In this document: positions 45,701 through 54,199 of the stretch, piece after piece
Layout: each line of letters begins with the position of its first letter
Position numbering within the stretch: the stretch's first letter is position 1
Virus record (IMG/VR): IMGVR_UViG_3300010371_000034
Span: 1-64,000 of that record
Length of the DNA stretch: 64,000 bases
Reading direction: 5' to 3' (one strand)
Source: a virus
The notes under the pieces: generated by a model
The model's database searches: none
The model's input: only the letters and a program-made list of their open reading frames with translations
Told to the model about the DNA's origin: nothing
Translations under genes and position numbers: made by a program

Positions 45701-46769
45701 CGCCCTGGTGCTTCTGGGCGATCTTGGCCTCCCAGCGCGATATCATGTAGTCGTCGGGATCGGTGTAGCCTGGCGGCATCGACACCCAGAACTCAGGCCG
45801 GGCCATGTTGATGAACTGCGACCAGCGGGACCGTGCTATCGACTCCTCCGTGTCGATCCACCTTGACAGCGACCACAGCTTGCTGTATCCGTCCAGCTTG
45901 TTGACGGGAGACTTGAACAGATGGATGATCACATCGTCGATGGGAATCTTGAGCATGCCGGCCGAGCCCATGCCGCCCCACGGCCGTACCTCCAGGTACT
46001 CGATAAGCCGGTCAGCGTCGGGATGCTCCGGGTCGACGTGCTTGTGGCCGCCGGTCCTTGGCCACACCCAGTGCGACGGGATCACCCACCGCTCGCACGG
46101 CCTGCCGAACCTGTTGCGCACCTTCCACTCGTAGGCCACACCGCACAGGAACTTGAACATCCGCAGCTCGTACATGTAGTCGAAGTGCGTATCAACGGGA
46201 TTGGGGTTCTGGATCAGTGAAGGGAGGAGGTGCCTGCGCTCTATCGGCTCAAGCTCCTCGTGCGGCTTGAGCACGCTGAGCGCCTTGGAACGGTACTCGC
46301 CGATGGTGAGGAACGAGCTGTTGCTGCCGGACAGCTTCCGAGCCGCGTCGTAGTTGGAGTAATCCACCCAGTCGCCGCCGGCCGGCGCCTGCGGTTTGGC
46401 CCCCCACTTGCCCGGCTGGCCTTTGTGGATGTCTGATCCCACGTGGCCAGTACCACCGAAACCCCTACCGGTGGCGTTGAGCAGCGACCGCTCGCACGCC
46501 TTGACCGTCCTGCCCGGCACGCCGGAGTCATGCACCCAGGCGACGTTGGGGTAGACGCTGGACAGCTTCATGCAGTTGGCGTGGATGACGACGTAGGTCC
46601 AGTCCAGGTAGTGCTGCACCTGGGAGATGCGGTCCTGCGACCAGCCGCCGGGATATCCGGTGCCATGCGCGGCCGGGAACAGGCGGCCCAGTATCCGCTC
46701 GCCCGGCGTGGCGCTCTTGCTCACCGCGCCAGCCGATGCCCTGGTCAAGTGCCTGGCCGATTTAATCAC
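42753..46769 (-). CDS. Portal protein with intein and C-terminal HAD-like and RelA/SpoT-like domains
   Basis: Portal motifs LIQNPNP, DGYS, FINMARP, GEFNVGKP, ICAGFGTP, TTNEVR; then VDLDGT...YVDDRA; then IKSLERAEEK...DVVRAS...GYRD...EVQFH. Confidence 0.9.
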   Translation of the reverse strand: MIKSARHLTRASAGAVSKSATPGERILGRLFPAAHGTGYPGGWSQDRISQVQHYLDWTYVVIHANCMKLSSVYPNVAWVHDSGVPGRTVKACERSLLNATGRGFGGTGHVGSDIHKGQPGKWGAKPQAPAGGDWVDYSNYDAARKLSGSNSSFLTIGEYRSKALSVLKPHEELEPIERRHLLPSLIQNPNPVDTHFDYMYELRMFKFLCGVAYEWKVRNRFGRPCERWVIPSHWVWPRTGGHKHVDPEHPDADRLIEYLEVRPWGGMGSAGMLKIPIDDVIIHLFKSPVNKLDGYSKLWSLSRWIDTEESIARSRWSQFINMARPEFWVSMPPGYTDPDDYMISRWEAKIAQKHQGEFNVGKPLFTPSGTVVTPLSFSPTDMAYMEGFDQMAKAICAGFGTPQAALGMVQDMTFGSVLATLAGWCLDDDTECLTDCGWKKCWELTDDTVVACYDQASQSMVYHKPSRIVVEPYKGPMHLWQGQRVDACMTPGHRVHLQRFPAASRKHLNYPWETIKIDDMTPATTYRIKRSAPLIGATDPPKYVSFPSYNPCGSRNIVHELDDRCVDRKVWLRFLGLYLSEGHLCDRTNGGWGICITQSEKSTRTFESVKAGILALPLKWTDKVDPRDTSCHTWKASDKGIYDYLVSLGIGSQNKRVPEEVKSWSAEDLRVLFDALMEGDGHAWMDCENTGNSSSNYKTVSKQLADDVAEIAVKCGFSATVCVQPDPRSDRKVAYRVDVSTRQEVVLSPDMRSTVEYDGTVWCVTVPTGLFFVRRNGKVHVTGNCENGLNPLLAQEGEVETKHLAKEFDEETPAWSSLTGSGHGGSGGVREARIWYDNLTPADPAQVNSDLQVDMQASPPAITTNEVRVLRGRKPYAMGGDNPWVQGPGGPMPAPVNVEEKGDDLTDLVRQYSESMAAGKDSDKLGTVESNEDLPSEEVSDSGKADDANEQAQEVEEAQADGGKIDKPNGKPSKQLVRKGWTVYKHQQTVAVDLDGTILEYDGWRGEGHFGEVRDGAREALAALRNRGWKIIVWTTRGDVQAIKDQLDGSGIEYDSINTNSDQPAGASAKVVADLYVDDRAIDGRSPWPDILAEVEQRGGEMVKQPVDKPEELYALVVQAQGELDRALQGVEGAVQVPIKSLERAEEKVERDYGGDWSRLLDVVRASVVRDTEQELRDAAEEIDGRLVLVRQKDRFAQPLQGGYRDMLRNYRTPCGMVVEVQFHLRELYDAEKRDRVYPATREMRAKALSVQQAGRWLADKWLSLESRYGRKGALAMAVGMLATMPIPGNIAAVVAVAETIRGVHGALAGKRLRPRLKEQDEYAACRQEIDKMLEGVL
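44418..45497 (-). mobile_element. Intein (360 aa) with LAGLIDADG endonuclease in portal
   Basis: W|CLDDDTECLTDCGW ... TPGH ... FLGLYLSEG ... ALMEGDG ... VWCVTVPTG...TGN|C; lower GC. Confidence 0.92.
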
Positions 46770-46826
46770 GCCGCATCCCCTGCGCTCCTGTTGACTCCAG
46801 TCAGCGGCCCCACGCGGCCGCGCAGA

Positions 46827-47057
46827 TCACTGCACCTGCTTCGCGCCCACCACCGCCCTGTCCACCACCTCGTCAAGCGCCCGCACATCACGCTCCAGCT
46901 CTCGCAGTCGCTCGTCGTTCCTGTCCTCGCGGTCCGCCCGCCGCACGTGCAGCCACCACAGCGCGGGCAGGCTGGCCGACAGTAGCGCCGCCACCAGGCT
47001 GAGCAACCCGCAGCAGACGGCGAGCACCAGTATCGTGAGGGCCGGCTGATCGTTCAC
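46827..47057 (-). CDS. Small membrane protein
   Basis: Long hydrophobic N-terminus. Confidence 0.55.
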   Translation of the reverse strand: MNDQPALTILVLAVCCGLLSLVAALLSASLPALWWLHVRRADREDRNDERLRELERDVRALDEVVDRAVVGAKQVQ

Positions 47058-47347
47058 TTCTTATCCGCCTCCACCAGCCGCTTGATCTCGTCCAGCATCC
47101 ACTGCCGCCCGGTGTCCGCCTCGGCCGCGCCGGTCTGGCATACCAGGGCGTTGACATCGTTCACGAACATCCGTTCCAACTCAAGCGCCGCCTCCAGGTG
47201 CCGCAATCTGTCCGCCATCTCGCCGCGGTCCCTCAGCAGCGCCTTCACGTCCTTGTAGTACCGCTGCGACAGCTGCCCGGTGTCGTAGCCGAACTGCACT
47301 CGACCCAGGAAGTCCTCGATCTTGGCGATGTCCTTCTCGTCGATCAT
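47054..47347 (-). CDS. Hypothetical protein
   Basis: 97-aa ORF. Confidence 0.6.
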   Translation of the reverse strand: MIDEKDIAKIEDFLGRVQFGYDTGQLSQRYYKDVKALLRDRGEMADRLRHLEAALELERMFVNDVNALVCQTGAAEADTGRQWMLDEIKRLVEADKK

Positions 47348-47348
47348 G

Positions 47349-47537
47349 TCACTTCTCCCTGTCCGGCGTCCTCGCGCTGCTGCGCAGGTCGGTCAGCTCC
47401 GGCCCGTCGATATCCACGTCCGCCGCGGTCTTGGCCCGCGCGTCGGAGCAACCCGCGCACACCTCGGTGTCGGGAATCGCCTCAATCCTGCCCCGCAGAA
47501 TCTTCTTACCGCACCTGCTGCATGTTCGATCCATCAT
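47349..47537 (-). CDS. TraR/DksA-type C4 zinc-finger protein
   Basis: CSRCGKKI...RIEAIPDTEVCAGC. Confidence 0.8.
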   Translation of the reverse strand: MMDRTCSRCGKKILRGRIEAIPDTEVCAGCSDARAKTAADVDIDGPELTDLRSSARTPDREK

Positions 47538-47679
47538 CAGTCTCCATACAACGCATTGCATATGCCGCTACGATGTCGCTGTCGCCCGATTTCTCCAACT
47601 CCGCGACAGCGACCACCAGGTTCTGCAATTCCTGCCTCACTATGGCGCAGACGGCGGCGAGGTCTTCGGCGGTAAGCAT
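47506..47679 (-). CDS. Hypothetical 57-aa protein
   Basis: MLTAEDLAAVCAIVRQEL; RBS GAGGTG. Confidence 0.45.
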   Translation of the reverse strand: MLTAEDLAAVCAIVRQELQNLVVAVAELEKSGDSDIVAAYAMRCMETDDGSNMQQVR

Positions 47680-47816
47680 CGCATCACCTCAAGAAAGCGC
47701 GGCTGGCAGGGATTTTCCCGGCGTTTCGGGCGCCCCGTAACTTGGTCTTCGCTGCATGCCGAATCCAAGTTTAGCTGGGTTCACCTAGCTTGAACCGGGC
47801 CAGTTCCGCGCGTTCA

Positions 47817-48578
47817 TCATCTCACCCAGAAGTCCCTGCTCTTCTGCTCGCCGCACCACAGGCCGATGGCGCATGCCAAGACCTGATCGTCATGGTCCTT
47901 CTCTCTCCAGGCCTCGAAACTCTCGTGCCCCGTCTCAGCGTTCTGCTTCACCTTGAAGTTCAGCAGCTCGTCCACCAGCCCGCCGCAGTTCTTCATGTCC
48001 TGCTCGATCGTCAGCCGCTTGGTCCCCAGCAGCACCTGCACGATCGACACCAGCTCCGACTTGGGTACGTTCCAGCCGCCCGCGGCGTTCTCCACCACTG
48101 TCTTGCCTGATTGTATCCATATCGGCCTGATCGTGCAGCGGGTGGACTTCGCCAGCGACATCTCCTTGCGCAGCCACTCGACAACCGGCACACCCACGCC
48201 CGTGTAGTCCACCGCCAGCACCGTGCCGCCCAACCCGCCCCGGTCCGCGCCCCGCGAGTACGCCTTGACCAGCCAGCTGAGTATCCTGTCGTAGTCCGTA
48301 CCGACGTCCCAGCGCTCCATGCGCACCAGGTGATACCGCCACTGCCGCGCCCTGCGCTCCTCTGCCGTCAGAGCGCCGGACATCGGCCTGCGGGCCAGCA
48401 GGTCGGGCTTCGGCAGAACCGCCACCGTCTGCTGCCCGTACAGCTCGTCCAGGTCGTTGACCACCTCTGGGCCGCTGGGGGCCAGCATTGGACGCGACCT
48501 CTCGAACAGCGCGAAAGCACTAAAATCGACAAGTTTTCCAATGTCGAGCCCCGCTATGTATTCACGCTCGACGCTCAT
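47817..48578 (-). CDS. Terminase large subunit nuclease (RNase H-like) domain, stand-alone
   Basis: IAGLDIG..VDFSA, AVDYTGVG, VPKSELV, DELLNF, HDDQVLACAI. Confidence 0.85.
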   Translation of the reverse strand: MSVEREYIAGLDIGKLVDFSAFALFERSRPMLAPSGPEVVNDLDELYGQQTVAVLPKPDLLARRPMSGALTAEERRARQWRYHLVRMERWDVGTDYDRILSWLVKAYSRGADRGGLGGTVLAVDYTGVGVPVVEWLRKEMSLAKSTRCTIRPIWIQSGKTVVENAAGGWNVPKSELVSIVQVLLGTKRLTIEQDMKNCGGLVDELLNFKVKQNAETGHESFEAWREKDHDDQVLACAIGLWCGEQKSRDFWVR

Positions 48579-48769
48579 CCACCCACTCCCAGCTCCACCC
48601 ATTCACCCCATGTCGGGTCGTCGTGCCGCAGCTCCTGCGCCATGATCACCGGCTCGCCGATCTCCTCGAACGCCTCCAAAGTGCACGCCTCGCAGCAGCC
48701 GTGGGTCACTTGGAGTGGGTCGCCGTCTCGTATGACTGCGCCGCACCAGGAACACACTCGTCTGAGCAT
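48575..48769 (-). CDS. Small Zn-finger protein
   Basis: CSWC...THGCCEAC. Confidence 0.65.
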   Translation of the reverse strand: MLRRVCSWCGAVIRDGDPLQVTHGCCEACTLEAFEEIGEPVIMAQELRHDDPTWGEWVELGVGG

Positions 48770-48948
48770 ATCTCTCCCACCTTCCTTGAGTAGATGCTGT
48801 CAACATGCTCCGCGAACGCTCTGCGAGCCTCCGTCTCGACCACCACGATGAACCGCGCCTGTGCGGACTTGGGCAACGATGGAAAGCTGGAGTCTTCAGC
48901 CTTCAGCCGCTCCAGCGCGGCCTCAGCCACCTTCATCGGGTCGAACAT
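48706..48948 (-). CDS. Hypothetical protein
   Basis: RBS GAGGTG. Confidence 0.5.
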   Translation of the reverse strand: MFDPMKVAEAALERLKAEDSSFPSLPKSAQARFIVVVETEARRAFAEHVDSIYSRKVGEICSDECVPGAAQSYETATHSK

Positions 48949-49032
48949 CGCTCTGCACCTCTGAAGTTAGTCCGGCGGCTTCAGACAATTCCACGCCGCT
49001 CTGCCCTACGCCGCCGGGCTGATTCCATCATA

Positions 49033-49428
49033 TCACGGAGCCGGGCTGGGCGCCAGTGTCGGGGGCGGGGTTGGCGTGTTCGCGGCCACCGCGTCCGACA
49101 ACGCCTTGGACTTCGCCGCCACGTCGTCCTTCAGCGTCACCAGGGCTTTCAGCTGGTCCGCCGTCGCTCCGCCCGCAAGCGCTGCTGCGATAGCGCCGGT
49201 AAGCCGCTGCTGGAACCCGTTGATCAGCGCCACCGCGCTGTCGATCACCGCATCCTCGGCGGCCACCGCGGCCACCAGGTCGTCAATCGTCTGAGGCATT
49301 TCCGTCTCCTGAGCGGGCGCGTTAAGGAACTTGGATACAGCGTCGCGCAGCTTCGCCGTGTGAGCCCGCACATCGCGGCAAAGCATGCGCAACTTGTTCA
49401 AGTGATGTTGCTGCTCCTGCACATCCAT
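49033..49428 (-). CDS. Ala-rich helical phage protein (alternative start 49299)
   Basis: DDLVAAVAAE..VIDSAVALI...AVAANTP. Confidence 0.65.
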   Translation of the reverse strand: MDVQEQQHHLNKLRMLCRDVRAHTAKLRDAVSKFLNAPAQETEMPQTIDDLVAAVAAEDAVIDSAVALINGFQQRLTGAIAAALAGGATADQLKALVTLKDDVAAKSKALSDAVAANTPTPPPTLAPSPAP

Positions 49429-49432
49429 TATA

Positions 49433-49618
49433 TCACCTAATCGGCGGGCCGAAGACGCCCCAGCCCAGCAACCCGAACAGGATCAGCTCGACCACCACCC
49501 AGCCCAGCGGCCGCCAGGGCGGCTGACCGCCCGACTGCGTCGACCAAGGCCAGTTGAAGAACACTCCCAGCAGGGCGCACAGCACGTAGATAAGCCAGAA
49601 CCAGGTTCCTGCGGTCAT
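49433..49618 (-). CDS. Two-TM small membrane protein
   Basis: WFWLIYVLCALLGVF; LILFGLLGWGVFG. Confidence 0.65.
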   Translation of the reverse strand: MTAGTWFWLIYVLCALLGVFFNWPWSTQSGGQPPWRPLGWVVVELILFGLLGWGVFGPPIR

Positions 49619-49818
49619 GTCTCAGACCTCCGCGCTCCTGAAGCCGGGCGAAGTTGTTCGGTCGCAGGTGGCAACGTGACTATCGCATATCCTGTCGGCG
49701 TAGAACCAAACGGCGTTGACTTCACGCAACTGCAAACCACGCACAGCTCGGTTGTATGGCTGGCTGCCAACTCCTCGAATGTTGTGACGTCAAGCCACTT
49801 GTGTGAGCATTCAGTCAT
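49615..49818 (-). CDS. Small hypothetical protein
   Basis: CSHKW...CVVC. Confidence 0.5.
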   Translation of the reverse strand: MTECSHKWLDVTTFEELAASHTTELCVVCSCVKSTPFGSTPTGYAIVTLPPATEQLRPASGARRSET

Positions 49819-49821
49819 AGT

Positions 49822-52248
49822 TCACTCGAACCACAATCGCTTCTCTCCGTCGCCCTTGACCACCGCGGCCTGCACCGCGTCGCGGCTGAAAACGCTGTCT
49901 ATCGCGTCGACGAACTCGCAGAAGTATTCCTGCCTGTACCACCTGTTGCCTATCATGGCCCGTTCCTCTTCGAGGAACGACGCCTCGATCCGCGGGCACT
50001 GGTCGGCGGTCACCCGGTACGTCTCGAACGGCGGCCGCGCTTCTTTGCCTTCGGCGCCGAGCTGGTAGTGTCGGTTGAGCCAGGACTCGGTGCCGGTATA
50101 CGGGCCTTGCGAACGCGGAGCAACTTCACTTGCCCTGGGTACCACGACCGAAACGACTCTTTCTCCGTCCCGAACATATCCCGAAATTGGAATACCTCCG
50201 GCGGTTCCATTCCCGGCTGCACCTCGAACTCGTATATCCACGTCGTCGGTTGCTCGGCGACCGCGCTCATATGCTTGTTCTGCTTTTTCACAGTTCTGCC
50301 ACGCCTCCCAGAACCAGCCCCGCTTGCCATACGGCGTGCTGGCCACCACAAGCCTCGGCGCCCTTCCGTGGACTGCCTTCGTAGCTGCCTGGAACGGCCG
50401 CACCAGGTTGTACAGCTGGTCCGGTATCCTGCTGGCCTCGTCGAGCACCAGAAGCGTCACCGAGCTGAAGCCCACGATGGTGTCGGGGCTGCCGGGCAGG
50501 CTGATGATGCGCGAGCCGTTGGGCAGCTCCATCGACAGCGCCTTGTCCTTGGTCGCCTCGGACACCTCGATACCCACCAGCGCCGCCCCGTCCCAGCCCT
50601 TGGCCTTTATCATCCCCTGCTCGTGCGCCGCGTCTTCCGCCAGGCTCTTGGGGTTCCACGGCCGCCTGTGCACCTTGCCGCCGATCAGCCCGCGCCACAG
50701 CATCTTCACCTTGAGCAGCAATTCCGCCGACTGCCGCAGCGTCTTGGATATCAGCAGCACCTCGCTGTGCGGGTGAAGCAGCGCTTCAAGCAGCGCCATC
50801 GCGGCCAGCGTGAAGCTGTTGTGGGTTGGGATCATCGATTCCCCGGCTAGATACAGGCAATTCGGAGAGTCAACAGTTATGCACTTTACAATCCTTTTAC
50901 CGACGGGTTTTATTCCAACTATGTATCTCAACCTACGTTGTCCTTGCCTGCCACCATCCAGATTGACTGTCGCTTTCTTCCTCGTCAGACGGAATGGCAT
51001 AATTGTAGGGGTAAATCCGATCCTCCATTTTGGACCGCAATCCTTACCATTCATCTTTGCTCGACCCTCAGACATCGTTGCAATTATACCCAGACTCCTG
51101 GATAGTTCGAGAAACCCAGCAGCGAGCATCGGGTTAGTGCTAGTGAATTCACACCTACTGTTGTTCGGATTACTGCTACCACAACCATCAGTGTCCATCA
51201 ATCCTTGAAACAGCGCTAATCTTTGCTGAAACGATGCACGAAGGTATTTGTCTGGTATGTGCTTATTGTTGAGCAGGTTTTCCCTTCTCAATACAGCAAT
51301 TAACTCTATGTTGGTCCAAGCATCAGATTTACCTGATCGCCTTCGCAGTCTCTCACACTTTCTGCAATGACCCTTATGCCAATGTTCAGCCTTTGGATGA
51401 CCTCGGCGGCATACTTTAGAACCATCTATACCACCTATAGTGAATATGTACGCTTGGCTTCCTGGCTTCATTCTGGGCTGCGATACGTTGTAGCCAGCCT
51501 TGGCAATCTCCATCGTTATCTCATCATCCATTGTAGTAAACTGCGCACTGCAAGAGGTGCCGTCGCCCAGCCATGCACCAAGTACATACGGGTCTATCGG
51601 TAAATCAGCTTCAGGCAAATCTAACGGCCGGCAAGCCGGAATAGCATGGTTATTCTCTTGGCATTTTCCCTTTTTCAATGTGTCTGCTATGCCGTTAGTC
51701 GTAAGAGTATTTACCTTCAACTGACTGCCGTTCTTCCATACCGACTTCCAACCGGCCCAGTTTTCAACTATAGTTCCGTGTGCACGTAGCATAGCATTTT
51801 TAGTTGCTAAGTCTATCGTGTTCCACTGGTGGTCTCCGTCAGCTATGATTACAGAGCCATCAGAGAATGATACCTCATACGCCTCCCTGTATTCAAGTTC
51901 TGAACATCCAATGACCTTTGTTGGATTTCCCATCTCATCAATTACTGAATCACCTATCTCCAACGCGCCCATGCTGGTCCATCCGGTTGGAGTCGGTATA
52001 GGCGTATCTATGTCTAAAGCCTTGCCGCTCTGCCGCGAGCAAAGCAGCAGCAGCTTCTCCGCGCTGCTGGTCAGCACCGATCTCTGCCAGGGGTCCGCCT
52101 CCGCGTTCAGCGGTGCGAACACCAGGCACGGGTCGTCCCTCAGCGCGGCCATCGGGTCGACTAGCACGTCCGCGAACAGCTCGCTCGCCGCCCGCCACAG
52201 CGCGTCCTCGCTCCGGCGCGGCTTAGCAGATACCAGAGGGTTGTTCAT
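49822..52248 (-). CDS. terL: Terminase large subunit ATPase domain with intein
   Basis: DPWQ, CSRQSGK|S Walker A, LLVLDEA Walker B, ASTPYGKRGWF, YRQEYFCEF. Confidence 0.92.
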   Translation of the reverse strand: MNNPLVSAKPRRSEDALWRAASELFADVLVDPMAALRDDPCLVFAPLNAEADPWQRSVLTSSAEKLLLLCSRQSGKALDIDTPIPTPTGWTSMGALEIGDSVIDEMGNPTKVIGCSELEYREAYEVSFSDGSVIIADGDHQWNTIDLATKNAMLRAHGTIVENWAGWKSVWKNGSQLKVNTLTTNGIADTLKKGKCQENNHAIPACRPLDLPEADLPIDPYVLGAWLGDGTSCSAQFTTMDDEITMEIAKAGYNVSQPRMKPGSQAYIFTIGGIDGSKVCRRGHPKAEHWHKGHCRKCERLRRRSGKSDAWTNIELIAVLRRENLLNNKHIPDKYLRASFQQRLALFQGLMDTDGCGSSNPNNSRCEFTSTNPMLAAGFLELSRSLGIIATMSEGRAKMNGKDCGPKWRIGFTPTIMPFRLTRKKATVNLDGGRQGQRRLRYIVGIKPVGKRIVKCITVDSPNCLYLAGESMIPTHNSFTLAAMALLEALLHPHSEVLLISKTLRQSAELLLKVKMLWRGLIGGKVHRRPWNPKSLAEDAAHEQGMIKAKGWDGAALVGIEVSEATKDKALSMELPNGSRIISLPGSPDTIVGFSSVTLLVLDEASRIPDQLYNLVRPFQAATKAVHGRAPRLVVASTPYGKRGWFWEAWQNCEKAEQAYERGRRATDDVDIRVRGAAGNGTAGGIPISGYVRDGERVVSVVVPRASEVAPRSQGPYTGTESWLNRHYQLGAEGKEARPPFETYRVTADQCPRIEASFLEEERAMIGNRWYRQEYFCEFVDAIDSVFSRDAVQAAVVKGDGEKRLWFE
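50818..52020 (-). mobile_element. Ala1 (class-3-type) intein, 401 aa, with LAGLIDADG endonuclease
   Basis: GK|ALDIDTPIPTPTGW; ADGDHQW; LGAWLGDG; GLMDTDG; VKCITV; IPTHN|S. Confidence 0.92.
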
Positions 52249-52256
52249 CAACAACG

Positions 52257-52913
52257 TCACGCCACCACCTCGTGCCTGTCGACCACGCTCAGAGGGGCCA
52301 GCGCGGCGGTCCTTTGCGCCACCGCCCGCCACAGGTCCGGATGGTCCTCAAGTACTTCCCGCACCGCATCTTTTATCGCCGCTATCACCGCCAGCGCCTG
52401 CTCCAGCGTCACCAGCCCCGGTTTGCACTCGTCCAGACCCAGCAGTTCGCGCTCCGCCTCCAGCGTCCGCATGATCGTCGTCAAGTAGGAGTTGTCCGGC
52501 AGCCGCCCTTCCTTGGTCACTATCTTCTTCAGCAGCACCTCGCTGGTGATGTAGTCCTCGACCCCCACCGCCTCGCTGTCCGTGCCGTACTCCTCGACCA
52601 GCTTGTGCGAGTCCTCCATGCTGCGGTCGTATGCCAACCACGCCTCGCGTCTGATCTCCCGGTACTGTTCGATCTTCGTGTTGACCTCGTCCTGCCGCTC
52701 CTTCAGCCGCGCAGCCTTGTACTCCGCCCGCAGCTGCTTCAGGTACACGCTCACCTGGACGTTGGTGATGTTGATCCCGTTCGACCGCTCCAGCTCGTCC
52801 CGCACCTGCCACAGCGAGTAGCCGCGGCGGTCCAGCTTGGCCACCAGCGCCTTGACCTCCTCACGCTGCGTGTTGGAGAACTTCGGTCCACGCTTCTGTT
52901 GTTCGCCGGCCAT
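52257..52913 (-). CDS. Terminase small subunit-like HTH protein
   Basis: N-terminal HTH, ELLGLD; immediately upstream of TerL. Confidence 0.7.
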   Translation of the reverse strand: MAGEQQKRGPKFSNTQREEVKALVAKLDRRGYSLWQVRDELERSNGINITNVQVSVYLKQLRAEYKAARLKERQDEVNTKIEQYREIRREAWLAYDRSMEDSHKLVEEYGTDSEAVGVEDYITSEVLLKKIVTKEGRLPDNSYLTTIMRTLEAERELLGLDECKPGLVTLEQALAVIAAIKDAVREVLEDHPDLWRAVAQRTAALAPLSVVDRHEVVA

Positions 52914-52942
52914 TAAAAATCCTGATATCAAAAACTGAGCGA

Positions 52943-53161
52943 CTATTTCTCCGGTGATATGATCACCTGCACCATCTCCATGCTCTTGATGCGCCTGGGA
53001 ACGTCTTTCAGCGTCAAGGGATTACTGTTGGTAAACAAACCTCTCACGCCGTCCTCGGCTTGCTTGGCAATTTGGTCGAAGGTGCATTCGCCGCCCCACA
53101 CGCTGTCTGCTTCAACGTCCAACGTGATGCGGACTATGGCTCTTACTCGCTTGTTGGACAT
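52943..53161 (-). CDS. Hypothetical protein
   Basis: 72-aa ORF. Confidence 0.55.
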   Translation of the reverse strand: MSNKRVRAIVRITLDVEADSVWGGECTFDQIAKQAEDGVRGLFTNSNPLTLKDVPRRIKSMEMVQVIISPEK

Positions 53162-53162
53162 T

Positions 53163-53372
53163 TCAATACTCCGGCCGCTGCCGACTGACGTACTTCAGTG
53201 CGTCCTGCCATGCTCCGGCCTCTGTCGGGCACGTCTCGCTCAGCGCGACGAACGTCACCTTGTCCCGGTAGACCTTGAACCCGCCCCGGTCGCTGTTGTA
53301 GACCGCCCACGCCGACGGATGCTTCTCAAGAACCTGCCGCTGCGCGTCGGTCACCAGTTTCTCGTTGTCCAT
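53163..53372 (-). CDS. Hypothetical protein
   Basis: MDNEKLVTDAQRQVLEKHP...AWQDA. Confidence 0.55.
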   Translation of the reverse strand: MDNEKLVTDAQRQVLEKHPSAWAVYNSDRGGFKVYRDKVTFVALSETCPTEAGAWQDALKYVSRQRPEY

Positions 53373-53377
53373 CGCGG

Positions 53378-53773
53378 TCACGGCACCCACTCCATGAACT
53401 TGCACGACCCGTCCTCGGCGAACAGTAGCACGTTCTTGCCGTCGATCGACGCCCGCAGCATCGCCGCGAACTCGGCGCCCACCTGCGTCTGCGTGGTCAC
53501 CACTTCGCACTCGATTTCGTGCAGCATTACCTTGGTAATCGCGTCAGGCCGAGCCATCAGCAGCATCAGCGGTATGTCCCCTGTCAGCGAAGGTCGAGTT
53601 CGGCAATCTCTGGGCACCTCATCGATCAACGCCTTCGGCCACACAACCACTTTGATCTGCGCCCGTTCGGTGCGGCTGAACCTCGCGTTGTGCGCGACCT
53701 CTTTTCCGAAAGCCGCCATCACCGCGTCGTACGGCGAGGTGGTGGTCTTCGGCATGATGGTGGGCTCTGTCAT
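53378..53773 (-). CDS. Hypothetical protein
   Basis: 131 aa; RBS GGAGGG. Confidence 0.6.
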   Translation of the reverse strand: MTEPTIMPKTTTSPYDAVMAAFGKEVAHNARFSRTERAQIKVVVWPKALIDEVPRDCRTRPSLTGDIPLMLLMARPDAITKVMLHEIECEVVTTQTQVGAEFAAMLRASIDGKNVLLFAEDGSCKFMEWVP

Positions 53774-53776
53774 GTA

Positions 53777-54094
53777 TCATCCCTCCGCGTCCAGCGGCGT
53801 CACCTTCCAGCCGGCGCCCAGCACCCGCTGCGCCCGGCCCGCCAGCAGCTCCGCGGCCATTCTGACCGCCTCCGCGGCCGTGCCGTCTGCGCCGTGCCCC
53901 AGCAGGTGCTCCGATACCACCCTGGCGATCTTGGTCGCGTTGTCCCGCTCAAGCCGGAGCAGGTGCCCAGCCACCGTGACGGTCAGTCCGGTCCACACCA
54001 CGTTGATGGCGCTCCTCTGCGCCTGGCGATGCCACGCCACGTCCGGCCTCGGAGGTGCCCTACGCCGTCCAGTCCCCACGTTGAATGATACCAT
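53777..54094 (-). CDS. Hypothetical protein
   Basis: RBS CAGGAG downstream of a promoter. Confidence 0.6.
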   Translation of the reverse strand: MVSFNVGTGRRRAPPRPDVAWHRQAQRSAINVVWTGLTVTVAGHLLRLERDNATKIARVVSEHLLGHGADGTAAEAVRMAAELLAGRAQRVLGAGWKVTPLDAEG

Positions 54095-54138
54095 CGGTCG
54101 CTCCTGTTGTAAATTTCAAGGCAAGTTGCCCCGCAGGA

Positions 54139-54167
54139 ATTATAAGCGACCGATGCGCAATTTTCAA
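54139..54167 (-). promoter_or_regulatory. Sigma70-type promoter
   Basis: TTGAAA-N17-TATAAT. Confidence 0.75.
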
Positions 54168-54199
54168 GAGCAAAATCTGAGTAGTGATTTTTCCCCGCG

